DNA from: Nannocystis bainbridge
GTDB lineage: Bacteria; Myxococcota_A; Polyangia; Nannocystales; Nannocystaceae
NCBI RefSeq assembly: GCF_028368995.1
Contig: NZ_JAQNDL010000001.1
Coordinates: 3,936,001 to 4,000,000, forward strand
Length of the DNA stretch: 64,000 nt
Reading direction: 5' to 3'
Made by a program: the position numbers and the translations under genes. Of the stretch, positions 51,482 to 60,641 are shown piece after piece (position 1 is the stretch's first letter; the number at the start of each line of letters is the position of its first letter). The notes beneath the pieces were generated by a model that ran no database searches, was not told the origin of the DNA, and worked only from the letters and a program-made list of their open reading frames with translations.

Positions 51482-52675
51482 TCACGGCGGCTGACAATCG
51501 GGCGGGCCGATGAACACGTCGTCCACGCTCCAGCCCGCGATCGGCGGCAGCCCCGGCTCCGGGTGGTGATGACAAAAACGAACCATCAGCCCGGGGTTGC
51601 GAAAGGGCGTGATGTCGATCGCGTGCGGCGTCCACTCGGGATCCTCGAACGGCTCGTTCTTGCTCTCGAACACCGCCAACCATTCCTTGCCGGTCCACAC
51701 ATCGACGCGCGCGCTCGCTGGCAGCCGCGGCGGCAGCGGCACGAGCGAGATCTGACTCCAGTAGTGCAGCAGGAGCGGCTCCGGCCCCTCCTGCAGCTCG
51801 ATCGGCGGGCTGGTGAGGCAGGCGTCCATCGGCAACGGCTCGTCCGGCAAGCACCCGCCGATCGCGGCGCCCGCGAGCATGTTGTCGTCGCCGGGGCTGT
51901 GATCCTCGGCCGGATCCTCGAGCCCGTTGAAGGCGCACGCGGAGGGCTTCGCCGGGCCGATCATCCACGGCGGATCGGTCAGCCACGTCCCGGGATCGGT
52001 GAAATCGGCGAACAGGATCGGCAGCCCCGGCTTGCCGAAGCACTGACCCCCGGCGCAAAAATCATCGAAGGTGCAGCCGAGCCCGTCGTCGCACGGCGCG
52101 CCGTCCTCGAGCAGCTCGATCGCACAGTTGCCGGAGGCCGGGTTGCAGAAGCCCTGCTGGCACGCGCCGCCGTGCCCGCTGCAATCGCGCGGCACCCCGG
52201 TGCATGCGCCGGCGATGCATACGTTGGCCTCGGTGCAGAGGTCGCCGTCGTCGCACTTGATGCCCTCGAGCTCGACGTAAGAGCACTGCCCGCCGTCGCA
52301 CTGCGGCTGGCGACACGGCTCGTCCGGACAATCCTCGGCGACCCGGCACTGCAGCGGCGGTCGGCACAGCCCGGCCTCGCACAGCCCGCCGGCGCAGTCC
52401 CACGGCCCGGAGCACTGCTGCCCCGGCCCGCACGGCGGACACACCGGCCCGCCGCAGTCGAGGTCGGTCTCGGCCCCGTTGATGATTCCGTCGAAGCACG
52501 GCTCGACCGGCGCCGGCGGCGGCTCGGAGAGCGCCGTATCTGTCCCCGAGGACATGGTCTCCGAGACGGCCTCGGTGGCGCTGGCGCTGTCGACGAACTC
52601 GTAAGTCACCGGTCGACAGCCCGCGAGCGCCCATCCTGCGAGGATCACCCGCAGCGCACAGAGCCTCATCCTCAT
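51482..52675 (-). CDS. Cys-rich lipoprotein (ETDxDCGG and CDDGxxCT repeats, beta-sandwich C-terminus)
   Basis: LAGC lipobox, CFDGIINGAETDLDCGGP, CDDGDLCT, CDDGLGCT, GWSVDDV. Confidence 0.8.
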   Translation of the reverse strand: MRMRLCALRVILAGWALAGCRPVTYEFVDSASATEAVSETMSSGTDTALSEPPPAPVEPCFDGIINGAETDLDCGGPVCPPCGPGQQCSGPWDCAGGLCEAGLCRPPLQCRVAEDCPDEPCRQPQCDGGQCSYVELEGIKCDDGDLCTEANVCIAGACTGVPRDCSGHGGACQQGFCNPASGNCAIELLEDGAPCDDGLGCTFDDFCAGGQCFGKPGLPILFADFTDPGTWLTDPPWMIGPAKPSACAFNGLEDPAEDHSPGDDNMLAGAAIGGCLPDEPLPMDACLTSPPIELQEGPEPLLLHYWSQISLVPLPPRLPASARVDVWTGKEWLAVFESKNEPFEDPEWTPHAIDITPFRNPGLMVRFCHHHPEPGLPPIAGWSVDDVFIGPPDCQPP

Positions 52676-53688
52676 GGCTCGCCCTCGAGCACGCGGGCCG
52701 CCTGGTGGCGATGCACGCCGTTCGGAAAGTCGGCCGCGTAATCGCGCCAGCAGGCCGCGCGTTGGCCCTCCTCGGCCCGGCGGCACAGGCCCGCGCGCGC
52801 GTCGTCGGCGTAGCGCCCGCGCGGGAATTGGCGCAAGTAACTGCGCCACAGCGCGACCTCCTCGTCGCCGCCGTGGCGCTGGCGCGCGAGCGAGAACAGA
52901 TCGCCGTAGGCCAGGTCGGCCGCGCGCGAGCCCGGCGCGAGCGCGGCGATCTCCCGGTACAGCGCCTCGGCCCCGGCGAGGTCGCCCGCCTCCCAGCTCG
53001 CCTCGGCCTCGGCGTCGAGCCGCCGCAGCCGGTCCGCCCGCGACTCGCCCCGCGCTCGCGCGGCCGCCTTTTCGGGCTGGCCCTTTGGACCTGTCTCTTC
53101 AACCATGGTCTTCGGGTCATGCTCGACGGCCGGCGCGACCTCGACGGGCGCCTCGGGCTCCGGCGCGCTCGCCGGCCGCACCCGCTCGACGCTCTTCGGC
53201 GCGGGCGCGACCTCGTGGCGGGGCGGCGACGCCTGGTCGTGAAACGGCGCCTGCAGGGCCGTGTCGGGCCCGCCCTGCCCGCGGGTCAGCAGCGGGCGAG
53301 CACCGAACGCCAGGCCCGCCACCGCCGCCGCCGCCGCCAACCACATCCACGGCCGCGTCGCCGCTCGCCTGGCCTTCGGGACAGGTACTGGCGGCGGCCC
53401 GGCTGCGCGCACGGCCGCACAATCGGCGTCGATCTCCGCTCGCGCCGCTACCAGCAGCGCCGCGAATTCGGCCTGCTCGCGCGCCGGCACCCGCCCGCTC
53501 GGATCGCCGCGCAGCTGCGCCACCGGGGCCAGCGCGCGCACCTCGACCAGCGCGCCGGCCGGCACCCGCCTCGGGTCGCGCGCGTGGGCCTCGGCGACCA
53601 CCGCGGCGAAGTCGGGCGCGAGCTCGCGACGCATCGCCCGGGCCAGGTCGTCGGCCGCCGCTTCGACGAGGACATCGAGGTCCTTCAC
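52672..53688 (-). CDS. Putative anti-sigma factor: TM plus C-terminal TPR-like domain
   Basis: GTG start overlapping the sigma stop; TM WMWLAAAAAVAGLAFG; YLRQFPRGRY and YAADFPNG TPR-like motifs. Confidence 0.72.
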   Translation of the reverse strand: MKDLDVLVEAAADDLARAMRRELAPDFAAVVAEAHARDPRRVPAGALVEVRALAPVAQLRGDPSGRVPAREQAEFAALLVAARAEIDADCAAVRAAGPPPVPVPKARRAATRPWMWLAAAAAVAGLAFGARPLLTRGQGGPDTALQAPFHDQASPPRHEVAPAPKSVERVRPASAPEPEAPVEVAPAVEHDPKTMVEETGPKGQPEKAAARARGESRADRLRRLDAEAEASWEAGDLAGAEALYREIAALAPGSRAADLAYGDLFSLARQRHGGDEEVALWRSYLRQFPRGRYADDARAGLCRRAEEGQRAACWRDYAADFPNGVHRHQAARVLEGEP

Positions 53689-54332
53689 GTCGGCTCCTCC
53701 TCCTGCGGCGGGAGCACGCCCCACTCCACCAATTGTTTGCGGATCCGCTGACGCGCCCGGCTGGCCCGCACGGCCAGGTTGCCAGGCGAGATCGCAAGCT
53801 GCTCCGCGGCCTCCTCGGGGCTCAGGCCCTCGAGGTCGCGCAGCACGAAGGCGACGCGCAGGTGGTCCGGCAAGCCCTCGAGCGCAGCGTAGAGCGCCCG
53901 CACGCGCTGGCGCTGGTGGAGCGCCCCGTCGAGCGGCTGCACGCCGGCGCCGAGCGAGTGCATCACCTCGAGCCGCGCGTGCGCCTTGGCGGTGCTGCGC
54001 TGCGATCGCCAGTGATTGCGCACCACGTTGATCGCCACGCCGTGCAGCCAGGTCGACAGCTGCGAGCGACCGTCGAACGCGGCGATCTTCAGCAGCGCCT
54101 GGACGAACGTCTCCTGCACCAATTCTTCGCTCAGGCCGGCGTCGCCGGTCAGCGCGCGGACGTGGCGATAGACCCGCTCGTAGTGGTCCTGGTAGAGCCG
54201 CGACCACGCGCTCATCTCCCCGGCCTTGGCCCGCTGGACCAATTGTTCGGTGCTCGCCCGCTGCGGCGGGGCGGCGGGCGAGGTCGGGCCCGGGAGAGAG
54301 GGCACCGGCCGGAGGTGACTGCCAGGGGTCAT
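53685..54332 (-). CDS. ECF sigma-70 factor
   Basis: ELVQETF, FDGRSQLSTWLHGVAIN, LPDHLRVAFVLRDLEGLSPEE, RASRAR. Confidence 0.93.
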   Translation of the reverse strand: MTPGSHLRPVPSLPGPTSPAAPPQRASTEQLVQRAKAGEMSAWSRLYQDHYERVYRHVRALTGDAGLSEELVQETFVQALLKIAAFDGRSQLSTWLHGVAINVVRNHWRSQRSTAKAHARLEVMHSLGAGVQPLDGALHQRQRVRALYAALEGLPDHLRVAFVLRDLEGLSPEEAAEQLAISPGNLAVRASRARQRIRKQLVEWGVLPPQEEEPT

Positions 54333-54425
54333 GCGCTCGGACCGGTGAGCCGCGCGAGCGGCCCCCAGATTACAACCAATCGCAAAAACACCGATGCGGA
54401 CCCCCTGCGGGCCGCATACGCGCGC

Positions 54426-55499
54426 TCAGGGAGCGTTGACGCCGCGCAGCGCGGCCGCGTGGGTGGCCACGCCGATCGCCGCCGGCGCGCCCCACAGGAT
54501 GTTGCCGCGGAAGCCGATGTAGAACATCCCCGCCGCCGGCGTGCGCGCGCGCTCGGGCACGTCCTCGCGCGCCAGCGGGCTGTCGAACTGGCCGCCGAGC
54601 ACGATCGCCCCGAAGCCGCCGAGGCCGATGCCGACGTCGGCGACGAAGCCGATCGGGCTGCGCACGTTGTCGAACCGCCCGTCGGGCTTCTGGATGCCGG
54701 CGACCTTGAACGCCAGGCCGCTCGAGAACTCGATCGTCGGCGACCAGCGGGTCCGCTTGAACCAGTAGCGGCCGGCGAAGCCGACGTTGCCCCACACATC
54801 TTTGCTGTCGCTGGCGATGATGCCGCCCTTGGGGCCGAGCGACACGCGGGTGTACTTGAACGACCCGCGCGACTCGACCAGCGTCGGGATGCTGACCCAC
54901 ACGTCGTATTGCACGCGGGCCGAGCTCCACCGGTAAAGGTCGCCCGGCGAGGTCACGTCGCCCTGGCGCACGCGGTAGGCGTAGCCCGAGGTCGCCTGCA
55001 CCTCGACCACCAGGCCGCAGGTCGGGTCGGCGATCAGGCAGCGCCAGCGCGACCGCCGTTCGCTGGCCGGCGGGCTCGCCTCGAGCCCGTGACGCGCGCG
55101 CAGCTGCTGCATGTCGGTCGTGCTGTAGAACGGCGGGCCCTGCTGCTCTGCCGGCGCGGGCGTGGCGGCGTCGGCCGGCGGTGCCGCGGTCTCGGCCACC
55201 GGCACCGGCACCGGCGGCTCGATCGGCGCCGCGGGCACGGCCCCGGTCGCGGCCGGGTCCCAGGCCGGCAAGGCCTTCGGCGCCTGCACCGGCGGCGCGC
55301 TCGTCTCAGTCCCGGCCGGCGTCGTCGCCGTCGCGGTGGCGCTCGTGGTCGTCGTCGTCGTGCCGGTCGAGGTCGTGGTCGTCGTCGTGCTCGTCGAGCT
55401 CGGCGTCTGCACCGGCGGCGGCGCGCTCGTCGGCGTCTGCACCGGCGGCTGCGCGAGCGTCAGCGAGATGGCCCAAAAGGCAGGTAGGAGCGCGCTCAT
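54426..55499 (-). CDS. Hypothetical secreted/outer-membrane beta protein
   Basis: Signal peptide, Thr/Pro stalk, amphipathic beta strands. Confidence 0.65.
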   Translation of the reverse strand: MSALLPAFWAISLTLAQPPVQTPTSAPPPVQTPSSTSTTTTTTSTGTTTTTTSATATATTPAGTETSAPPVQAPKALPAWDPAATGAVPAAPIEPPVPVPVAETAAPPADAATPAPAEQQGPPFYSTTDMQQLRARHGLEASPPASERRSRWRCLIADPTCGLVVEVQATSGYAYRVRQGDVTSPGDLYRWSSARVQYDVWVSIPTLVESRGSFKYTRVSLGPKGGIIASDSKDVWGNVGFAGRYWFKRTRWSPTIEFSSGLAFKVAGIQKPDGRFDNVRSPIGFVADVGIGLGGFGAIVLGGQFDSPLAREDVPERARTPAAGMFYIGFRGNILWGAPAAIGVATHAAALRGVNAP

Positions 55500-56251
55500 T
55501 GCATCGCTCCTCCGGCCAGCAGGCCGAGCAAGACGAGGCCGATCGCCGGCAACGCGGGGATGGCGTGGGCGCGGAAGCCCGTGATCACGCGGGTGTCGCC
55601 GTCGAGGAAATCACCGCTGACGAACAGCCCGCCCCAGCCGCCCCAGCCGGCCGCGACCTCGAGGTGCGTGCCGTTGTACCAGCCGGCGTACGTGAGCACC
55701 GACGAGCGGACCACGCCGACGGTCAGGTCGATGTGGAAGGCGTTGCGCTTCTGGCTCAGCCACAGCTGATTGACGAGACCGAAGCGATACGAGGACGTGT
55801 GCGGGGTCGTCTGCAGCACCTCGTCGGGCGCGTCGACGATGGAGCCGGTGTTGGCCATCACGCCGGTGCCGCGCGACCAGCTGGCGATCAGCCCGACCGA
55901 CCACGGGTTCCAGCGCTTGCGCGCCAGCATCACCGGGCGCACCGTGAAGCCGCCGCGGAAGTTGTAGTGGGCGTATGGCAGGTCGACGCCGCGGTCACCG
56001 GCGATGCCGTTGATGCCGACGCCGACATCGACGCTGGCGATCAGGGCCGAGCGACACTGCGAGTCCTCGACGAAGCAGAACGCGCCCTGGCCGACGGAGA
56101 AGCGCGGCGGTGCGGCCGGCGGCGGCCCGCTGGCGAAGTTCGACTCGCTCGCGGCCACGGGCGCGAAAAACGGCCCGTGCTCGGGGGCAGGACCCGAGGG
56201 CGCGGGGGCGGGCGCCTGAACCAGGGCGAGCAGGAGGACGGCCGTAGTCAC
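55496..56251 (-). CDS. Hypothetical secreted/outer-membrane beta protein
   Basis: Signal peptide, beta strands, 4-bp overlap with the downstream gene. Confidence 0.65.
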   Translation of the reverse strand: MTTAVLLLALVQAPAPAPSGPAPEHGPFFAPVAASESNFASGPPPAAPPRFSVGQGAFCFVEDSQCRSALIASVDVGVGINGIAGDRGVDLPYAHYNFRGGFTVRPVMLARKRWNPWSVGLIASWSRGTGVMANTGSIVDAPDEVLQTTPHTSSYRFGLVNQLWLSQKRNAFHIDLTVGVVRSSVLTYAGWYNGTHLEVAAGWGGWGGLFVSGDFLDGDTRVITGFRAHAIPALPAIGLVLLGLLAGGAMQ

Positions 56252-56405
56252 CGAAAGGACCCCCAGAATGCAGAACTCGCGCGAGACTTACAACCCACCC
56301 GCGATCGGACCTGCAGCGAGCGGCCCGGGCGGGTCCTGGGCACCCCAGCCACAATTCGCGCAGGTCACGCAGACCCGACGAGGGCCGCGAAGCGGCGGGC
56401 GGGCG

Positions 56406-56861
56406 TCAGTCGCCGGCCAGGCGATCGGCCCCGCGGGCGATCGCCTTGCCGATCGACACGCCGAGCAGCTCTTCGGCGTCGCGCTGGGCCGCCTCCCACG
56501 CCGGCGCGACGTCGGCGATGAGCTTCATGCCCTTCTCGGTGATCTGGATCTCGTGCGAGCGCGCGTCGTCGATGTCGGCCAGCTTGAGCCAGCCGCTGTT
56601 GCACATGCGCTCGACGTTGCGGCTGACCGTCGAAGCGTCCATGTGCATGCGCACCGACAGCTCGTTCGGCGTCAACCCCTGCGTCTGCATCACCACGACC
56701 AGCGTGTTGAGCTGGGCGATGCGCAGCTCGAAGGGTCGCAGCGCGTCGTCGTAGAGCTTGCTGATCGCGCGGTTGATGATGCGCAAGCGATACGCCGTGC
56801 ACTCATCCATGATGCGCGCCGCAATATCACTCACCTGCTTCGTCGCCCGCCGGCCACCCAT
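56406..56861 (-). CDS. MarR family transcriptional regulator
   Basis: CTAYRLRIINRAISKLYDDALRP, MDASTVSRNV, DARS...ITEKG. Confidence 0.9.
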   Translation of the reverse strand: MGGRRATKQVSDIAARIMDECTAYRLRIINRAISKLYDDALRPFELRIAQLNTLVVVMQTQGLTPNELSVRMHMDASTVSRNVERMCNSGWLKLADIDDARSHEIQITEKGMKLIADVAPAWEAAQRDAEELLGVSIGKAIARGADRLAGD

Positions 56862-57779
56862 CGCCGCGACATTGTATAGGAGAGGAATCGCGGGTCAACC
56901 GGCGCATATCGAGCGCGAACGGTCGTTCGCGAGCGGAGGCGCGACATCGCTACATGTCCCGAGGGACAGAACGAGGGCGCGGGCTCGCGCCTTTGGCCGC
57001 AGACAGGCACTTGGCTGCTCGCGCCGACCGCCGCTCGAGCGACCTCCGCAGGCGCGTCGACGGCTCGTTCGCGGCGCGCGTGCGATGACTCCGAGGGTCG
57101 ACATTGTGCGCACCGATCTCTCCGCGCGCGTTCGACATCCGGCGCGGCGAAAACGAGGACGCGCCCACGACCTCACCCGTCTGTTCCTCTCCAAAAAAGA
57201 GAGCGCGAGCGGAATAAACGCGGAGCACCGAGACGACGACGCGCGTCGATCGCCGACTTCGACACCTCCGTGCGCGCCGGGGAATCGTGAGTCGGCGCGA
57301 CCGGTCGCTCGTCGACGTCTCCGGGCGGCGCGCTCGCCGGACCGATCGCGTAACTTGACGACCTGTCCCGAAGAACAGGCGCGCCTGCGTATGCTCGAGC
57401 GGGTGCGCCGTCTCCGAGACGGTCGGTGCTGCGCGACGATCGAGATCCTCGCCGTCGCGCCGGGTGCTCGATGTTCGCCGGTCCCATCGCCCTGCTCAGC
57501 CCGGTCGTCGCCTCGCTGGCGCCCCCGGCATCCGCGATCGCCGCCGGTTTTGGTTGACGGCGTTCGGCCGCGATCGGCAATGCCGGCCGCAGACAGCCCG
57601 CCGCCGACCTGCCGCAAGGTCAGCCCCGGCCCACGCGCTTGCCGGACTCGGCAACAAGCCCCTGGCGGGGCCGCCTCACCGAGACGCCCCCGGCAACGAC
57701 ACTGGGCCTCCCGCGACCGCGGTCGCCTGCCCGGAAACTTGGACGCTGGCGCGCCTGCCGGTATGACCGGGCCAGCCGC

Positions 57780-59126
57780 TTGAGCACCGCCGCCGCACCG
57801 CCCGACCCGTCTTCGGGGCCCTCCGGGTCGGAGCCTTCGACGCGGCGCGGCGGCACCGTCGCGTGGACCGCCTCGACCTACTTCGGCGAGGGCTTGCCGT
57901 GGTCGATCCTCCACCAGGTCGCGGCCGAGTTCTTCACCGCCGCCGGCCTGCCCGCGCGCGAGGTCGGCTTCACCTCGGCGCTGCACTTCACCTCGAGCCT
58001 CAAGTTCGTGTGGAGCCCGATCGTCGACCTGATCGGCACCCTGCGCCAGTGGATCGTCGCCACCCAGTTCGGCCTCGGCGTGCTGATGGCCGTGCTCGCC
58101 GTGTTCGCCCACAACATGGCCTCGGGGACAGGTTCCGGCACCGCCGCCATCTGGGTGGTGCTGATCGTCATCGGCCTGTTCAGCGCCACCCACGACATCG
58201 CCTGCGACGGCTACTACATGACCGCGCTCGGCCGCGCCGACCAGGCCCGCTACACCGGCATTCGCGTGGCCGCCTTCCGCGTGGCGATGCTCGTCGGCTC
58301 GTCCGGCCTGGTGTTCCTCGGCGGTCGCGTCCACTGGCTGGCCGGCTTCGGCGTCGGCGCCGTGCTCATGGTCGGGCTCGCCGTGGCTCACCGCGTGTGG
58401 TTGCCGCAGATCGGCGCCGTGCGCCCGGTCTCGGCCTCCAGCGGCGACAAGGCGGCCGACTGGCGGGCCCGCCTCGCCCACGTGCGCGGCGCCTACTTCA
58501 GCTTCCTGCTGCAGCCGCGGGCCCTCGTCGTCCTGCTGTTCCTCCTCAGCTTCAAGCTGGGCGACGCGCTGATGTTCGGCATGTCGAAGGTGCTGTTCCG
58601 CGAGCTCGGCATCAGCACCCCCGACCGCGGCGTCCTCAACGGCTTCGGCACCGCCGCCAGCATCGCCGGCGCCATGCTCGGCGGGCTATGGGTCGCGCGC
58701 GTCGGCCTGCGGCGCGCGCTGCTGCCGATCGCCCTGATCATGGCCGGCACCTTGCCGCTCTACCTGCTGCTCGCCGCCCCGCGCCTGCCCGCCGACGTCA
58801 TGCTCGGCTTCGGCGCCCCGCTGAGCCTCGCGCACACGCTGTCGCCGCCGCTGTGGCACGTCGGCACCATCCTCGTCATCGAGCAGCTGTGCGGCGGCCT
58901 CGCCACCGCTGCCCAGACGATCTTCATCATGAGCCGCTGCCACCCCGATCACAAGGCGGCTCACTTCGCGTTCGCGACTGCCATCTATTCGCTCGCGCAG
59001 ACCATCTCGGGCACCTACAGCGGCTTCCTCTACGAGGCCCACGGCCCCATCGTCTACTTCTCGATCGCCGCCGTCGCCTGCATCCCCTGCCTGGTGCTGA
59101 TCCCGTTCCTCCGCCAAGATCGTTGA
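57780..59126 (+). CDS. MFS transporter, AmpG-like
   Basis: YFGEGLP, LKFVWSPIVD, SATHDIACDGYY, FKLGDA; start uncertain. Confidence 0.88.
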   Translation: MSTAAAPPDPSSGPSGSEPSTRRGGTVAWTASTYFGEGLPWSILHQVAAEFFTAAGLPAREVGFTSALHFTSSLKFVWSPIVDLIGTLRQWIVATQFGLGVLMAVLAVFAHNMASGTGSGTAAIWVVLIVIGLFSATHDIACDGYYMTALGRADQARYTGIRVAAFRVAMLVGSSGLVFLGGRVHWLAGFGVGAVLMVGLAVAHRVWLPQIGAVRPVSASSGDKAADWRARLAHVRGAYFSFLLQPRALVVLLFLLSFKLGDALMFGMSKVLFRELGISTPDRGVLNGFGTAASIAGAMLGGLWVARVGLRRALLPIALIMAGTLPLYLLLAAPRLPADVMLGFGAPLSLAHTLSPPLWHVGTILVIEQLCGGLATAAQTIFIMSRCHPDHKAAHFAFATAIYSLAQTISGTYSGFLYEAHGPIVYFSIAAVACIPCLVLIPFLRQDR

Positions 59127-59132
59127 ACCCGC

Positions 59133-60641
59133 ATGGATCGCGTCGCTCGTAGCGCCTTTGACGTCGCCCGTCAGCGGGTCGGCCGCGTGCTCGCGCCGCT
59201 GGTCTTCTTCATCATCCTCGTCGCCCCCACCGGCCTGCCCGCGCCGGCCCACCGCCTGGCCGCGATCTTCGCCGCCACCGTGGTCCTGTGGGTGTGCGAG
59301 GCCGTGCCGCTCGGCGCCGCCGCGCTGATCGCCCCGGCGCTGGCGGTGGCGATGGACGTCACCCCCGCGGCCAAGGCGTTCGCCCCGTTCGCCAGCCCGC
59401 TGATCTTCCTGTTCCTCGGCGGCTTCATGCTCGCGCTCGGACTCAGCGAGCAGGGGCTCGACCGCCGGGCCGCGCTGTGGCTGCTCGCGCGCGACTGGGT
59501 CCGCGGCTCGCCCGCGCGGGCGCGCACGGCCGTCGGCCTCGGCGCGTTCGCCTGCTCGATGTGGATCTCCAACACCGCGACCACTGCGATGTTGATCCCC
59601 GTCGCGCTCGGCCTGTGCGCGGCGATCCGCGGCGTCGCCCGCCCCGAAGACCAGCCCAAGTTCGACCGCTACGCCGAGGGCATGCTGCTGACCCTCACCT
59701 ATGCTTGCTCGATCGGCGGCATCGCCACCCCGATCGGCACGGCGCCCAACGTCATCGCCCTCGATTTCCTCGAGCGGCAGGCCGGCATCCAGCTCGATTT
59801 CTTCCAGTGGATCAGCTTCGGCTTGCCGACCGGCCTCGTCACTCTGGCGATCGCCCTCGTCTACGCCCACCGCCGCTTCCCCTCGCCGGTCGATCGGCTC
59901 GACGGACTCACCGTCGAGGTCCGCGAGCAGCTGCGCGCGCTCGGGCCGCTGTCGGCGGGCGAGCGGCGGGCCGCCGGCGTGTTCCTGCTGGCGGTGCTCG
60001 GCTGGCTGCTGCCGTCGATCCTCAAGGTCACTCTCGGCGCCGCCCACCCGGCCGCGCAGTGGGCCGACCGCTGCCTGCAGGAGGGCGTCGTCGCCACCCT
60101 CGCCGGCGTGCTGCTGTGCATCGTCCCCGGCGGCCGCCAGGCGGGCGTCCCGGTGCTGCCGTGGGACAAGGCGATGAAGCTCGACTGGTCGACGCTCTAC
60201 CTGCTCGGCGGCGGCTTCTCGCTCGGCGCGATGATGTTCGACACCGGCCTCGCCGAGGCGCTCGCGCGCGGCTTCCTGGCCATCGCCGGTCCGCTCGCCA
60301 GCTCGCCGTTCGGCCTGCTCGCGACCGCCACCTTCCTCGTGCTGTGGCTGACCGAGGTCACAAGCAACGTCGCCACCACCAGCATGATGGTCCCGGTGCT
60401 GATCGCCATCGCCCAGGCGGCCGGCATCGACCCGCTGCCGACCACCCTGTGCGTCACCATGGCCGCCAGCTTCGCCTTCACCCTGCCGGTCTCGACCCCG
60501 CCGAACGCCATCGCCTACGGCACGGGTCTCATCCGCATCCAGTCGATGATCCGCTTCGGGATCGTGCTCGACCTGCTGGGTTACTTGGTGCTGATCGCGT
60601 GCGGGGCGCTCTTGCTGCCGGCTCTCGGCCTCGGGCTCTGA
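59133..60641 (+). CDS. SLC13/DASS family di/tricarboxylate or sulfate:Na+ symporter
   Basis: FLFLGGF, SMWISNTAT, TPIGTAPN, TEVTSNVA, LPVSTPPNAI. Confidence 0.93.
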   Translation: MDRVARSAFDVARQRVGRVLAPLVFFIILVAPTGLPAPAHRLAAIFAATVVLWVCEAVPLGAAALIAPALAVAMDVTPAAKAFAPFASPLIFLFLGGFMLALGLSEQGLDRRAALWLLARDWVRGSPARARTAVGLGAFACSMWISNTATTAMLIPVALGLCAAIRGVARPEDQPKFDRYAEGMLLTLTYACSIGGIATPIGTAPNVIALDFLERQAGIQLDFFQWISFGLPTGLVTLAIALVYAHRRFPSPVDRLDGLTVEVREQLRALGPLSAGERRAAGVFLLAVLGWLLPSILKVTLGAAHPAAQWADRCLQEGVVATLAGVLLCIVPGGRQAGVPVLPWDKAMKLDWSTLYLLGGGFSLGAMMFDTGLAEALARGFLAIAGPLASSPFGLLATATFLVLWLTEVTSNVATTSMMVPVLIAIAQAAGIDPLPTTLCVTMAASFAFTLPVSTPPNAIAYGTGLIRIQSMIRFGIVLDLLGYLVLIACGALLLPALGLGL

